A DNA stretch of 64,000 nt, taken from Planctomycetota bacterium. Its GTDB lineage: Bacteria > Planctomycetota > UBA1135. The notes below the pieces were generated by a model. The model was not told the origin of the DNA, ran no database searches, and was given only the letters and a program-made list of their open reading frames with translations. Made by a program: the position numbers and the translations under genes. Of this stretch, positions 1-8,788 are shown one piece after another; positions within the stretch are counted from its first letter, which is position 1; each line of letters begins with the position of its first letter. The stretch lies in the NCBI GenBank assembly GCA_026421205.1, contig JAPKBM010000008.1, positions 4,055 through 68,054 of the forward strand, read 5' to 3'.

Positions 1-1406
1 CTAGGTAACACTTCCGACGGCTTCGGTACGCGATCGACCGCTTGCCAACCTGGAACAACAAGGCGGCTAGATTTTGTGTAAAAAGTGGCGTTTGCCGATG
101 GGATGACCGTTTCGCGGGTAACATTCTCCCAAGTACTCGAACCCATGAATGCCGCACAAAAACGGCGTAAAACTAGATCAAACACCTTTGCATCATCACC
201 GCCCAAGGCCACTTGGGGCAAATTCCCTGTTGGAATAATGGCAAAGTGATCTCCAATGCGTTCATCATCCAAGTTACGAGAATTATTTTTTCGCCCTTCT
301 TGAATCACCGACTTCGCGGCCAAAGAAATTTCCTTGTACTTTCCAGCGTCACTAAAACAAGCCGTTACAGCCTCCGAAGACAATAACGAAAAAAGTTCGT
401 CCACCTTTCCGTCATAATCATTAGGCAAGGCGTCGGAGTCTGTTCTTGGGTAAGTCAATGCCTTGTGACTTTCATACAAACGCTGTGCTGCACCCAAAGT
501 ACGCTTCGCCGACATGCCGAATCTAGAGTTGGCCTCTTTCTGAAGTGCCGTCAACGTATAAAGCCGAGGGACTTTGCGCGTGCTTTGCGTGGCCTTCTCC
601 GTCACTTGAGCTGACGCACCTTGGCAAGATTTTAGTAATGCTTTCGCATCCGCTTCTTCCCAGATTTTCTCATTATCCTTCCCCGAACGTGTTTTCCGAT
701 ACTGTCCAGCATATTCGTGCCTATTGGTCTCAAAGGTTCCCTTCAAACGCCAAAAAGGAACGGGCACATGCGCCAAGACCTTGAGTTCTCGGTGGACCAA
801 TAGCGCCAAAGTCGGTGTTTGCACTCTGCCCGCTGACCAAACCCCCTTTTCGCGCCGACCCTTGAGCCGCTTGGTGATCCCCCTCGTGGCATTAATTCCA
901 ATTAACCAGTCCGCCTCGGAACGTGCATAAGCTGCGGCCGCCAAGCCATTGAACTCTTCCGACGGCCTCATCGTGGCAAACGCCCCCTTAATGGCCTTCG
1001 GGGTCATGGACTGCAACCACAACCGCATGGCAGGCTTCTCCGCATTGGCATACGCCTCAATTTCCCGAAAAATGAGTTCTCCTTCCCGAGCCGCATCACA
1101 GGCATTAACTAAAGTAGTCACGTCATCTCGGTGGGCCAACTTTTTGATTAACCGCAGTTGCTTCGTCATTCCCTGGCGTGGCTTCCGACGAAATTCCTCA
1201 GGGATAACCGGGAGATCGGAGATTAGCCAGCCTGAAAGTGCGGGGTTGTAATCCTCCGGTGCTCCCAACTCCAACATATGGCCAATGGCCCAAGTAATGA
1301 GGTGCTCCTGGCTTTCCCAATGCCCTTCGTGCTGGGTAAAGGTTCCAGGAAGTGCGCGTGCCAAATCCTTGGCCACGCTTGGTTTTTCAGCGATAATGAG
1401 TTGCAT
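1..1406 (-). CDS. topB: DNA topoisomerase III (type IA), N-terminal ~468 codons; the C-terminus lies beyond the left window edge
   Basis: Absent from the ORF track because no stop is reached. ATG at 1406..1404 gives MQLIIAEKPSVAKDLARAL (TOPRIM start). Hand translation continues through ACDAAREGELIF, GRVQTPTLALL and the catalytic-Tyr motif LTYPRTDS. The frame stays open to base 3. Confidence 0.85.
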   Translation of the reverse strand, partial: MQLIIAEKPSVAKDLARALPGTFTQHEGHWESQEHLITWAIGHMLELGAPEDYNPALSGWLISDLPVIPEEFRRKPRQGMTKQLRLIKKLAHRDDVTTLVNACDAAREGELIFREIEAYANAEKPAMRLWLQSMTPKAIKGAFATMRPSEEFNGLAAAAYARSEADWLIGINATRGITKRLKGRREKGVWSAGRVQTPTLALLVHRELKVLAHVPVPFWRLKGTFETNRHEYAGQYRKTRSGKDNEKIWEEADAKALLKSCQGASAQVTEKATQSTRKVPRLYTLTALQKEANSRFGMSAKRTLGAAQRLYESHKALTYPRTDSDALPNDYDGKVDELFSLLSSEAVTACFSDAGKYKEISLAAKSVIQEGRKNNSRNLDDERIGDHFAIIPTGNLPQVALGGDDAKVFDLVLRRFCAAFMGSSTWENVTRETVIPSANATFYTKSSRLVVPGWQAVDRVPKPSEVLP

Positions 1407-1568
1407 GGATTGTTTCTTCCCGGCGTTTCCGGGGACTAGGTTGTGCGAAGAGCATACCGCAAATATCAGTCATTCGGAACCCCTTTCCTGGAAAGAACTT
1501 AGGTCGTCTAGAAAAACACTTAAGGGAAATACCAGAAAAAGCCGAAGAATAAGTCGGAGTAAGAAACC

Positions 1569-1976
1569 ATGAATCAAAAACGCAACCCATTGTTCGATAG
1601 CCTCGCCGCGGTCCTAGCCGTAGCTACTATTTCCCTTCTGACTGCCCTTCCCGCAGCCCCTACCACCAACAACCAAAGCGATGCCCTGCACGCTGGCCTC
1701 ACGGAGCTTCGCGCCGCCTCTTTCCGCGCCTACTTGGCAAACGATGGCCAAGCGGTCGCCGACGCCGTGGCCTTGGAAGAGCAACTCTCCAATTTCTTAA
1801 CTGAAGTTCCTGCCAACGCAGTCAACCAACTCTCCACCATCCGCAGCATGCCTGCCAGCTATGACAAGCCCGTCCTTGATGGAACAGCCGGATGGGTTTA
1901 CGTACCAGCAACCGGTCGGATTTTTCCTGACCTTCCTGGCACCGACGAGAAAGGGACTCCTTACTCCGTCTGGTAA
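1569..1976 (+). CDS. hypothetical secreted protein (135 aa)
   Basis: ATG-start ORF with a signal-like hydrophobic segment LAAVLAVATISLLTALPAAP. A hairpin plus T-run follows it. No family recognised. Confidence 0.5.
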   Translation: MNQKRNPLFDSLAAVLAVATISLLTALPAAPTTNNQSDALHAGLTELRAASFRAYLANDGQAVADAVALEEQLSNFLTEVPANAVNQLSTIRSMPASYDKPVLDGTAGWVYVPATGRIFPDLPGTDEKGTPYSVW

Positions 1977-2015
1977 CGCCATTCCCTTGGCAAGATTCTG
2001 AACTTCCTCCGACGG

Positions 2016-2046
2016 CCTGCCTCTCACGAGGTAGGTTGTTTTTTTG
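2016..2046 (+). terminator. rho-independent terminator candidate
   Basis: The 8-bp stem cctgcctc / gaggtagg (one G-U pair) has loop tcac and is followed by ttgtttttttg. It lies 40 nt after the stop of 1569..1976. Confidence 0.55.
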
Positions 2047-2047
2047 T

Positions 2048-3082
2048 TCAGTCGGCCTTTCGATTCACCTGATTCAGCCGGCGCTGTGCTTCCCCTGACT
2101 CCAAAGCCTCTCTAGCCCGGGTGACGGCACTTCCCAAATCTTTTTCCAACCCGGCCAAGCGGATTAAAACGGCGGCACCCAAAACTACCGTTTGCATTTC
2201 TGGCCCATCTGCACCAGCCAATGCTTTGTGCATGGCAAACTTGGCGGCTTCCAAGCGACTTTCATGAAACTGGCCAGGCTCTTGCTCCGAAAAAATCCCC
2301 ACATCCATGGGCTCCAAGCGCAGAGGACTCTTATAGCCATCCTCCAATAAAAGGCCCCGCGTGGATTCACACAAAAAAGGATCCATGGAACCCTCATGAC
2401 CTTGGATGACCACGGCATTTCCATGCCCTAAACCCGCCAACGCATCCCCGGCTTTTCCTAAAACGGGGCCGGGCATGGCCGGAACGAGAAGGCGTGTGCC
2501 GTCAGGGGCGTTTAACTTAAAAACAGTGTCTGGGATACTTCGGAGGCCGACTTCTTCCTCAAGACGCATCAAATGCTTCCATCCTTCATCATGAAGAGCC
2601 GGTTGCCAACATGCGAACTGATACGTGTCCAAATCCTTTTGGGTTTGCTCCAAATCTGCGTCTAACGGGCCTAAGAGCTCTTCGCATAAATCCCCCACCG
2701 TGGTTCCCGCGCCTTCTGCCGACGGCGCCGCTTGTAGCAATACGCAAGCACCCGCGGCCGAGGCCGTAGCTGCCGCGCCCAAACCAAGAGGCGGACTGTG
2801 AAATTTCCCCATCCGGCTTGTCGTGATCACGACGCCGTGCTCCGGGAGTGTGGGGAAAACTAAACGAGAACGGCTGGCTTTGGCAAAACCAGAAAGTTCA
2901 TCTGCCGACGCCCCTTTCGCACGCATTGCCATACAAAAAGCCGCGATTTGCGCGTCCGTACCCTCCATGGCAAGGACCATTGAAAAAGCTTCTTGGGCTT
3001 CTTCCACAGACAAATTACGGGCAGTTCGGCCGGTAATGGACCCACCAACAATTCGAATCCAGCGACGAAGTGCGCCTGACAT
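2048..3082 (-). CDS. YbiB/TrpD2-like protein (glycosyl transferase family 3 fold; not a catalytic TrpD)
   Basis: The N-terminal helical domain (VEEAQEAFSMVLAMEGTDAQIAAFCMAMRAKGASADELSGFAKA) and the later VVIQGHEGSMDP resemble TrpD-family proteins. The TrpD GTGGDG and KHGNRS motifs are absent, whereas the genuine trpD at 34584 has them. Its ATG overlaps the upstream stop by 1 nt (TAATG). Confidence 0.6.
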   Translation of the reverse strand: MSGALRRWIRIVGGSITGRTARNLSVEEAQEAFSMVLAMEGTDAQIAAFCMAMRAKGASADELSGFAKASRSRLVFPTLPEHGVVITTSRMGKFHSPPLGLGAAATASAAGACVLLQAAPSAEGAGTTVGDLCEELLGPLDADLEQTQKDLDTYQFACWQPALHDEGWKHLMRLEEEVGLRSIPDTVFKLNAPDGTRLLVPAMPGPVLGKAGDALAGLGHGNAVVIQGHEGSMDPFLCESTRGLLLEDGYKSPLRLEPMDVGIFSEQEPGQFHESRLEAAKFAMHKALAGADGPEMQTVVLGAAVLIRLAGLEKDLGSAVTRAREALESGEAQRRLNQVNRKAD

Positions 3083-3591
3083 TAGCGCAATTTTTCTTCT
3101 TGAAGAGAGGCTAGAACTTTTTCCACATGAGACCTAGAGCGGACGTTGTCCCAAACACGCGCCACTTTCCCTGAAGGGTCAATCAAGAATGTGGAACGAA
3201 CCAAGCCTAAATAGCGACTCCCATTGCCTTTCTTCTCTCTCCATGCGCCATACTTCGTGGCAACACGGAAATCTTTATCAACCAGCAAAGGGAAATTCAA
3301 AGCGCTCTTTTGCACAAATACTTGGTGGCTCTCTAAGGAGTCTGCACAAAGGCCGACGACAACAGCACCTTCTTTGTCAAAATCTTTAGCAGAATTCCGA
3401 AAGGCTTCGGCGTGGGCAACGCAACCGTTTCGCATATCTTTGGCATAGAAAAAAGCTACAACCCAAAGACCACGCATTTCCGTCAAACGGAAGGGCTCTC
3501 CTTCCGTGGAAGGGAGCGTAAAGGCCGGCGCACGTTTGCCGGTGTGTAAAAGGGGATTGGCCAAAGGGGGGGAGCCTCGCGGTCTTTCCAT
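3082..3591 (-). CDS. Bcp-like peroxiredoxin (AhpC/TSA thioredoxin fold) with a non-canonical active-site motif
   Basis: GKRAPAFTLPSTEGEPFRL...WVVAFFYAKDMRNGCVA...FPLLVDKD...RSTFLIDPSGKV is collinear with Bcp. The universal PxxxTxxC motif reads AKDMRNGC here. Confidence 0.7.
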   Translation of the reverse strand: MERPRGSPPLANPLLHTGKRAPAFTLPSTEGEPFRLTEMRGLWVVAFFYAKDMRNGCVAHAEAFRNSAKDFDKEGAVVVGLCADSLESHQVFVQKSALNFPLLVDKDFRVATKYGAWREKKGNGSRYLGLVRSTFLIDPSGKVARVWDNVRSRSHVEKVLASLQEEKLR

Positions 3592-3647
3592 TCTGCCCCT
3601 TCTTGAAAAACCGCGCCACCTATCTGTAAAGATTTCTCCAAAAAACT

Positions 3648-5066
3648 TTATTCTTCTTCCGGTGCATCCACATCGGAAACGGCGGACTCCTCCACAGCAA
3701 CTTCTGTCGATTCACCTTCCAAAGCCTCCACCACAGCAGCCAGGACTTTTTCCGATGCAGGTCGTGGTCGGATGTGCGCGAAGTAGGGCATTTCTTGCTT
3801 GTCATAGACTACATTTCCTTCAACCACCGACCACTGGACAAAAGTGCGGTAGTCAAAGAGATCCCCATCACAAATAATGAAGTCTGCGTCTTTGCCTGGT
3901 TCAAGGGAGCCCAGCCGATCTTCCAGGCCAAGAATTTTGGCGGCGTCCAAAGTCACCGAACGTAAAGCGGCCTTCTGAGAAAGCCCACCCCGAATAGCAA
4001 AAGCAGCTTCCATCGGCAAAGTCAACAAGTCACGCCCGGCAATGCCTCCTGTGGAGATGCTCTTTTGTGAAGGAAGAATGGCAAATTCCACACCGGCTGC
4101 CCAAAGTTTCTGCGCATTTTCAATGCTCCAACCACTGGGCCGATTCAAACGGTCGTCGGCATATTGCTTTGCGCGCGGTGTCAAAACCATTCGTGCATTC
4201 ACACGTCCCAGTCTTCCCGCGCATGCCCACGCTTCACGGCCACCGAAAATAACTGACTGCATCGGGAACTCCTCCAGTAAGTCACAAATCCCTAATAGGT
4301 CTTTCAAGCTGTTCGCTGCAAAACGAGCAGTGGCCTCGCCACGCAATAAACGAAGATGATCCGAATTCACCCCCTTGGCCTCTGGTTCCTCTCCTACATC
4401 ACTTTTTATCTGTTTGTCCCTCTCCCATGCGCGCACGGCACGAATCAAATCGCGGGCCTTTGAAAAACTGTTGCGCAAACTCCGGCGTGACGCGGGAGAA
4501 GTGGAAGTCCAATTCAACTTCACCCAAGGAGATGTGGTCAGCAGCATACCGTCCAAAGAGCCGCGCGTTAACTTGGCCACGGCGTTAGAGCCATGCACGG
4601 TTGTCAAGCCCCCGGCTAAGCCCAAATCCAGCGTTAAGGAAAAAGGGTCAAAGCCGTCTCGTGCGCTGGCCCCCGACCCGCGTAGAAATCCGCTGGAATC
4701 TACGGCAATCAAACCTGGATAGACTCGCATACCGGTGGCGTCAATGATGCGGGCACCCTTCGGAATCCGCACGCGTTTTCCGACCTTCATGATTCGCCCG
4801 TTTTTCGCCAAGAGGGCTCCGCGCGCAATCATGCCATCAGTCACGGTGTAAATGTCTCCACCGACCACGGCCAAATACGGGCTCTCTTTCGGCGGAGCGA
4901 CTTCAGTGCTTTCCTCCGTCTCTACGATTTCCTCCACGGCCGCATCGGTGTCATCCGCCGAAGGCTCCGGGCTATCTTGAGCCGTAAGCCAAGGAGTTAA
5001 AAACAACAGGAAAAGAGCCGTCCACAAAAAGGAGGGCGTCGGGAGTAATTTTTTAAAATGGTTCAT
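3648..5066 (-). CDS. secreted amidohydrolase-fold paralog 9 of 9 (HxH motif lost)
   Basis: Signal-like N-terminus FLWTALFLLFLTPWLTAQ. It has NGRIMKVG...YPGLIAVDSSG where HxH is expected, and the C-terminal GSLEPGKDADFIICDGDLFD strand. ATGA overlap with the upstream gene. Confidence 0.75.
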   Translation of the reverse strand: MNHFKKLLPTPSFLWTALFLLFLTPWLTAQDSPEPSADDTDAAVEEIVETEESTEVAPPKESPYLAVVGGDIYTVTDGMIARGALLAKNGRIMKVGKRVRIPKGARIIDATGMRVYPGLIAVDSSGFLRGSGASARDGFDPFSLTLDLGLAGGLTTVHGSNAVAKLTRGSLDGMLLTTSPWVKLNWTSTSPASRRSLRNSFSKARDLIRAVRAWERDKQIKSDVGEEPEAKGVNSDHLRLLRGEATARFAANSLKDLLGICDLLEEFPMQSVIFGGREAWACAGRLGRVNARMVLTPRAKQYADDRLNRPSGWSIENAQKLWAAGVEFAILPSQKSISTGGIAGRDLLTLPMEAAFAIRGGLSQKAALRSVTLDAAKILGLEDRLGSLEPGKDADFIICDGDLFDYRTFVQWSVVEGNVVYDKQEMPYFAHIRPRPASEKVLAAVVEALEGESTEVAVEESAVSDVDAPEEE

Positions 5067-6421
5067 CGTCCTTCCTCCTGTTCTTCGAGTTCTCGGTCGT
5101 ACACCGTTTTGCCATCCTCCACGACAAGAACGACTTCGGCAAGCGGGTCCAAGGGATCTCCGCTGACGAAAATAAAGTTGGCTGCCATACCCACAACCAA
5201 GGGGCCGACCACTTCTTCTTGACCCATGGATGCGGCTGGTTCAATAGTCATGGACTTTAAGGCGATGGTCTTGTCGAGCCCCTCTCGTACCAAGTCCGCC
5301 ACGCCAACACGCCAGGAACTTAAACCGGACACGCCAGAGGAAGACGGTCGTAGGACCAACTTCTCAAGACCTGCATCCACGAGTTCTGCAGCCAGGTTGA
5401 TGTGGATTCGTGTATAGCGCGTCTGCATTGCCAACCGTGCGGGCAAGTCAATCCGTACACCCGCGGAAGCCAACTCTTCCACCACTTCGTGAAAATTGTG
5501 GCTGCTTGTGTGAGAGAGCACCAACTCCCAAGGCAGTTCACGATCTTTCAAGATGTCATTCCAGTGCACCCATTCCGCGGCATCACTGAGCCAAATTTGT
5601 GCCACCCGTTCTTTTCGAACCCAATCGACAACCGGGCTGAGCTGGGAATCAATCTTGGGCGCGGTGAATTCCTTGGGAGGCTCTTTCTCTTCTTCTTTCT
5701 GCTCTTTGTCGTTTTCCTTGGCAGCCGACGCAGAACCCTCTTTTTTTGGAGCTTCCTTTTTGGAAGCCTCTTTTTTCTCAGCCTCTGCTTTCGTTTTTTG
5801 TTTCTCAGCCCAATCTTTCCGGGCTTGTTCCCAATCCACTTTGGCCTTCTCCTCTTTTTTGATGGCCGCGTCTGCATCTTTCAAGCCATTTCGGAGAAGG
5901 TCTTTGGCACTGCGATTAGAATCTAGCGTAAGTTTCAGATGTAAATCCTGCACCACTGCTTCGGGAACCGGGGCATGTGCCGTCATACGAATTACCGACG
6001 TTCGCCCAGGGATTCCAGTACCCGGAGGGTCAATCCCTGCAAGCAACACACCATGGGACAAATAATCCTTCAGCAACTCGTTGTCAGCTAACCAAACGGT
6101 GTCTATGCCGACGTACTTTCCATTCCGACCTCGACCTCGCGTGGCACCCTGGAATGCCGATGCATGAGAAACTGTAAATGGCGGCATCACCGTCCAGCCT
6201 TGTCCACGGAAGTCTTTCACCACAGCACCATCTGGAATGATCACGGTCTTCCCGATGCGTTCAATCACACCGTCTCTTACTAAGATGACCGCTTTTTTCA
6301 AAGCGTCTCCATCTAAAGTCTCCACATGGTCCACACGGTAAGCCGTCAAACGGCCCAGGGGCTCTCGCTCTGTTTCTTGTGCAAAAACAGGGAGGACAAA
6401 AAGGAAAAGAGGTGCAATCAT
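5063..6421 (-). CDS. secreted amidohydrolase-fold paralog 8 of 9 (HxH lost; K/E-rich insert)
   Basis: Signal MIAPLFLFVLPVFAQE, then DGVIERIG, C-terminal VGMAANFIFVSGDPLDP, and a ~70-aa Lys/Glu-rich insert (KKEEKAKVDWEQARKDWAEKQK...). It starts 1 nt after the upstream stop. Confidence 0.7.
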   Translation of the reverse strand: MIAPLFLFVLPVFAQETEREPLGRLTAYRVDHVETLDGDALKKAVILVRDGVIERIGKTVIIPDGAVVKDFRGQGWTVMPPFTVSHASAFQGATRGRGRNGKYVGIDTVWLADNELLKDYLSHGVLLAGIDPPGTGIPGRTSVIRMTAHAPVPEAVVQDLHLKLTLDSNRSAKDLLRNGLKDADAAIKKEEKAKVDWEQARKDWAEKQKTKAEAEKKEASKKEAPKKEGSASAAKENDKEQKEEEKEPPKEFTAPKIDSQLSPVVDWVRKERVAQIWLSDAAEWVHWNDILKDRELPWELVLSHTSSHNFHEVVEELASAGVRIDLPARLAMQTRYTRIHINLAAELVDAGLEKLVLRPSSSGVSGLSSWRVGVADLVREGLDKTIALKSMTIEPAASMGQEEVVGPLVVGMAANFIFVSGDPLDPLAEVVLVVEDGKTVYDRELEEQEEGR

Positions 6422-6422
6422 T

Positions 6423-7598
6423 TCAGTAAAGCTGTTTTTGATTTTTATCGTAAGCTACTTGACCATCTACGAAAACTATTTGAACAGGTGTCCGCGGGTC
6501 TAAAGGCTGTCCGGCTTTCACAACAATGTCTGCGTCAAGGCCAGGAAGAAGTCGGCCGATGCGATGGTCGGCCAAAATTTGTTGTGCGGGCCGGACATTG
6601 ATGGACTCTAAGGCCATCCAAGTAGAACACCCCAAGCGCTCAGCAAGAGTTGCTTGATAGATAAATTCTTCTTGCGGAATCACGGGGGCATCGGTTTGAA
6701 TAGAAATGTCTGTATTCCCTCGAGACTCGAAAGCCTCCACCAAGCCCTGAATGCGTGCCATTTGATTAAAGGAGAACTCAAAATTTCGGGGCCCTATATT
6801 CAAGGCGGCACCCGTTTCCGCAATCGCCTCACCTGCCATATAACCGTGGAAGGATGCGTGACTCACCACAACCGGAACTTGCGCCTCTAACTGAAACATG
6901 CGTACCGTGCCGTAGGTGTCCCTAGCTCCTGCAGTATGCACCAAGTAAGGATATTTCCCCAAAGCGATGCCTGCGATACTGGAGACATCTGGGCGAGTGG
7001 CCAAAGAGCCTGATTGGGCTACGCCGTCGGCCTGATCCAACCACCAGCGCAACATCCACCACATCCCCATGCGCGTGCCCCCCAAATCATTCGCGCGTTC
7101 TGGGTTGTAACCCTGCGCAACTTTCACGGAACCCGGGTCACGAAGAATGGACTCACGGACAGAATCCGTCGGCTTTATTTTCACTAAACTTCCGGCACCT
7201 GAAATATTGCTGCCTGAGCCGGGAATCGCGTTCACCGTCGTCACCCCCGATGCCGATGCCGTCTGATACAAGCGATTATTGGGGCGCACCGTATCTAATA
7301 CGCGCAACTCTGGATTATTAGGGTGGACCGAATCGTTGAGGTCTTCCCACCCACCAGTTTGCGTATGTGAATGTAAATCCACTCCGCCAGGAAAAGCGAA
7401 AGAGTTTGGAAACTCCCAATGCGCACACTCTTCGGGCAATGAAATATCTGCTTGCCTACCAATCTCAGAAATGCGTCCGTCCTTCATCACAATCCGTGCA
7501 TTATGAATGACTTGGCGATTTTCCATGGTAAGGGCTACCCCCACATCCAGCACATGAACTTGCTGCATCAACCAGGAGGTGACGAGAATTGAAAACAT
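6423..7598 (-). CDS. amidohydrolase (metal-dependent hydrolase), paralog 7 of 9, HxH retained
   Basis: Contains DGRISEIG...FPGGVDLHSHT (HxH), later VVVSHASFHGY and QTDAPVIPQEE, and the C-terminal GRLLPGLDADIVVKAGQPLDP strand. TAATG overlap upstream. Confidence 0.8.
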   Translation of the reverse strand: MFSILVTSWLMQQVHVLDVGVALTMENRQVIHNARIVMKDGRISEIGRQADISLPEECAHWEFPNSFAFPGGVDLHSHTQTGGWEDLNDSVHPNNPELRVLDTVRPNNRLYQTASASGVTTVNAIPGSGSNISGAGSLVKIKPTDSVRESILRDPGSVKVAQGYNPERANDLGGTRMGMWWMLRWWLDQADGVAQSGSLATRPDVSSIAGIALGKYPYLVHTAGARDTYGTVRMFQLEAQVPVVVSHASFHGYMAGEAIAETGAALNIGPRNFEFSFNQMARIQGLVEAFESRGNTDISIQTDAPVIPQEEFIYQATLAERLGCSTWMALESINVRPAQQILADHRIGRLLPGLDADIVVKAGQPLDPRTPVQIVFVDGQVAYDKNQKQLY

Positions 7599-8788
7599 TA
7601 AAACCGACGCCCATCCTCCGCGTCATAAACTTCTTCCCCGCGCACCCAAACACGCAGTACATGAGAACGCGGGTCCACCGGATCTCCGGTCCACGCAACG
7701 AGATCCGCGTCAAGTCCTACTTTCAACAAGCCCGCGATGTCATCCATATTCAATGCATCGGCAGCATGAGCGGTCAGCCCCTTCAAGGCTGCTTCTGCAT
7801 CGCCAGCCCCTAAGCGCACACCCATGGCGGCTTGAAAAGGAAGTTCTTCTTGGGGAATCACAGGGGCATCGGTGTTGTACCCCAAAATAAGTCCTTCGTG
7901 CTCAAGCCAGCCGTCGGCACAACCTTGAATTCTGGAACGAGAACGGTCAAACCAAAATTGGCGCGGACCGTTCATCACAGGAACATCGTATTGAACGGCC
8001 AAAGCACCATTTTTGTAGCCATCGAACGTACCGTGGTCAATGAACGCGTCCAATCCTAAATCTCGCTTCAACATCGTAATGGTTGTCATGACCACTTGAA
8101 ATATTTGCGTGTGCACACTGACGGGTACTGTTTGATCTGATAATTTGGCGAAGTCAGCCCACTTCGGATTCCACTCTGCTACCCCAGCCTTGTAATCCTT
8201 GGCCCAGCCTAAACCTTGTTCAAAAGTATGGCGCGTATTCCAGTTCATCAAGGCACGACCCACGCCATAGCCCCAACGTTCCGGATTTCCGGCCTGCGCC
8301 ACCTTTAAAGAACCGGGGGATCGCACCGTCATCTCTTCCACCGTTTCGCCACTGGTTTTCACGAGCATGCCGAAGCCACCCATGTTGGAGCCGGACCCAG
8401 GGATAAATAAGGCCGACGTAATTCCACCCGCCACGGCATCCAAAAGCATGGGGTTTCGCGGTTCCAAGACTTCGGCTGTGTGCAGTTCAGGGTTTGCCAA
8501 ATACACCGTGTCATTTAAGTCCCGAAGACTTCCAGCAACATGATTGTGCGGTTCCACCATTCCAGGAACTAGCCAAACAGCACCTAAATCCGTGATGGGG
8601 ATCTGGTTGGTCAAGGGTGCCTCGCGGGCCGATCCCACCCAAATGATTTTTCCATTTTGCACGAGGACTAAACCATTGTTAATCATTCCGTCTTCGGTTG
8701 CGGTGTACACTTTGGCCGCTTTCACAGCCCACGTGTCTCCCTCCTGTGGCATCAGTGCACCAAACAGTAGAAAAGCGGTCAACATCAT
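7598..8788 (-). CDS. amidohydrolase (metal-dependent hydrolase), paralog 6 of 9, HxH retained
   Basis: Contains NGKIIWVG...VPGMVEPHNHV (HxH), IDHGTFDGY, NTDAPVIPQEE and the C-terminal GLLKVGLDADLVAWTGDPVDP strand, with a short hydrophobic N-terminus. ATGA overlap upstream. Confidence 0.8.
   Translation of the reverse strand: MMLTAFLLFGALMPQEGDTWAVKAAKVYTATEDGMINNGLVLVQNGKIIWVGSAREAPLTNQIPITDLGAVWLVPGMVEPHNHVAGSLRDLNDTVYLANPELHTAEVLEPRNPMLLDAVAGGITSALFIPGSGSNMGGFGMLVKTSGETVEEMTVRSPGSLKVAQAGNPERWGYGVGRALMNWNTRHTFEQGLGWAKDYKAGVAEWNPKWADFAKLSDQTVPVSVHTQIFQVVMTTITMLKRDLGLDAFIDHGTFDGYKNGALAVQYDVPVMNGPRQFWFDRSRSRIQGCADGWLEHEGLILGYNTDAPVIPQEELPFQAAMGVRLGAGDAEAALKGLTAHAADALNMDDIAGLLKVGLDADLVAWTGDPVDPRSHVLRVWVRGEEVYDAEDGRRF

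Noticed and set aside
1-3. The cta at the window start as the stop codon of the topB ORF
   Set aside because: It is out of frame with the ATG at 1406, so the gene simply continues beyond the window.
5402-6065. Several overlapping ORFs on both strands (5402..5926, 5553..6065, 5548..5877), including a very basic 109-aa one
   Set aside because: They are alternative-frame readings of the K/E-rich low-complexity insert of the 5063..6421 gene. Purine-rich repeats keep all frames open.
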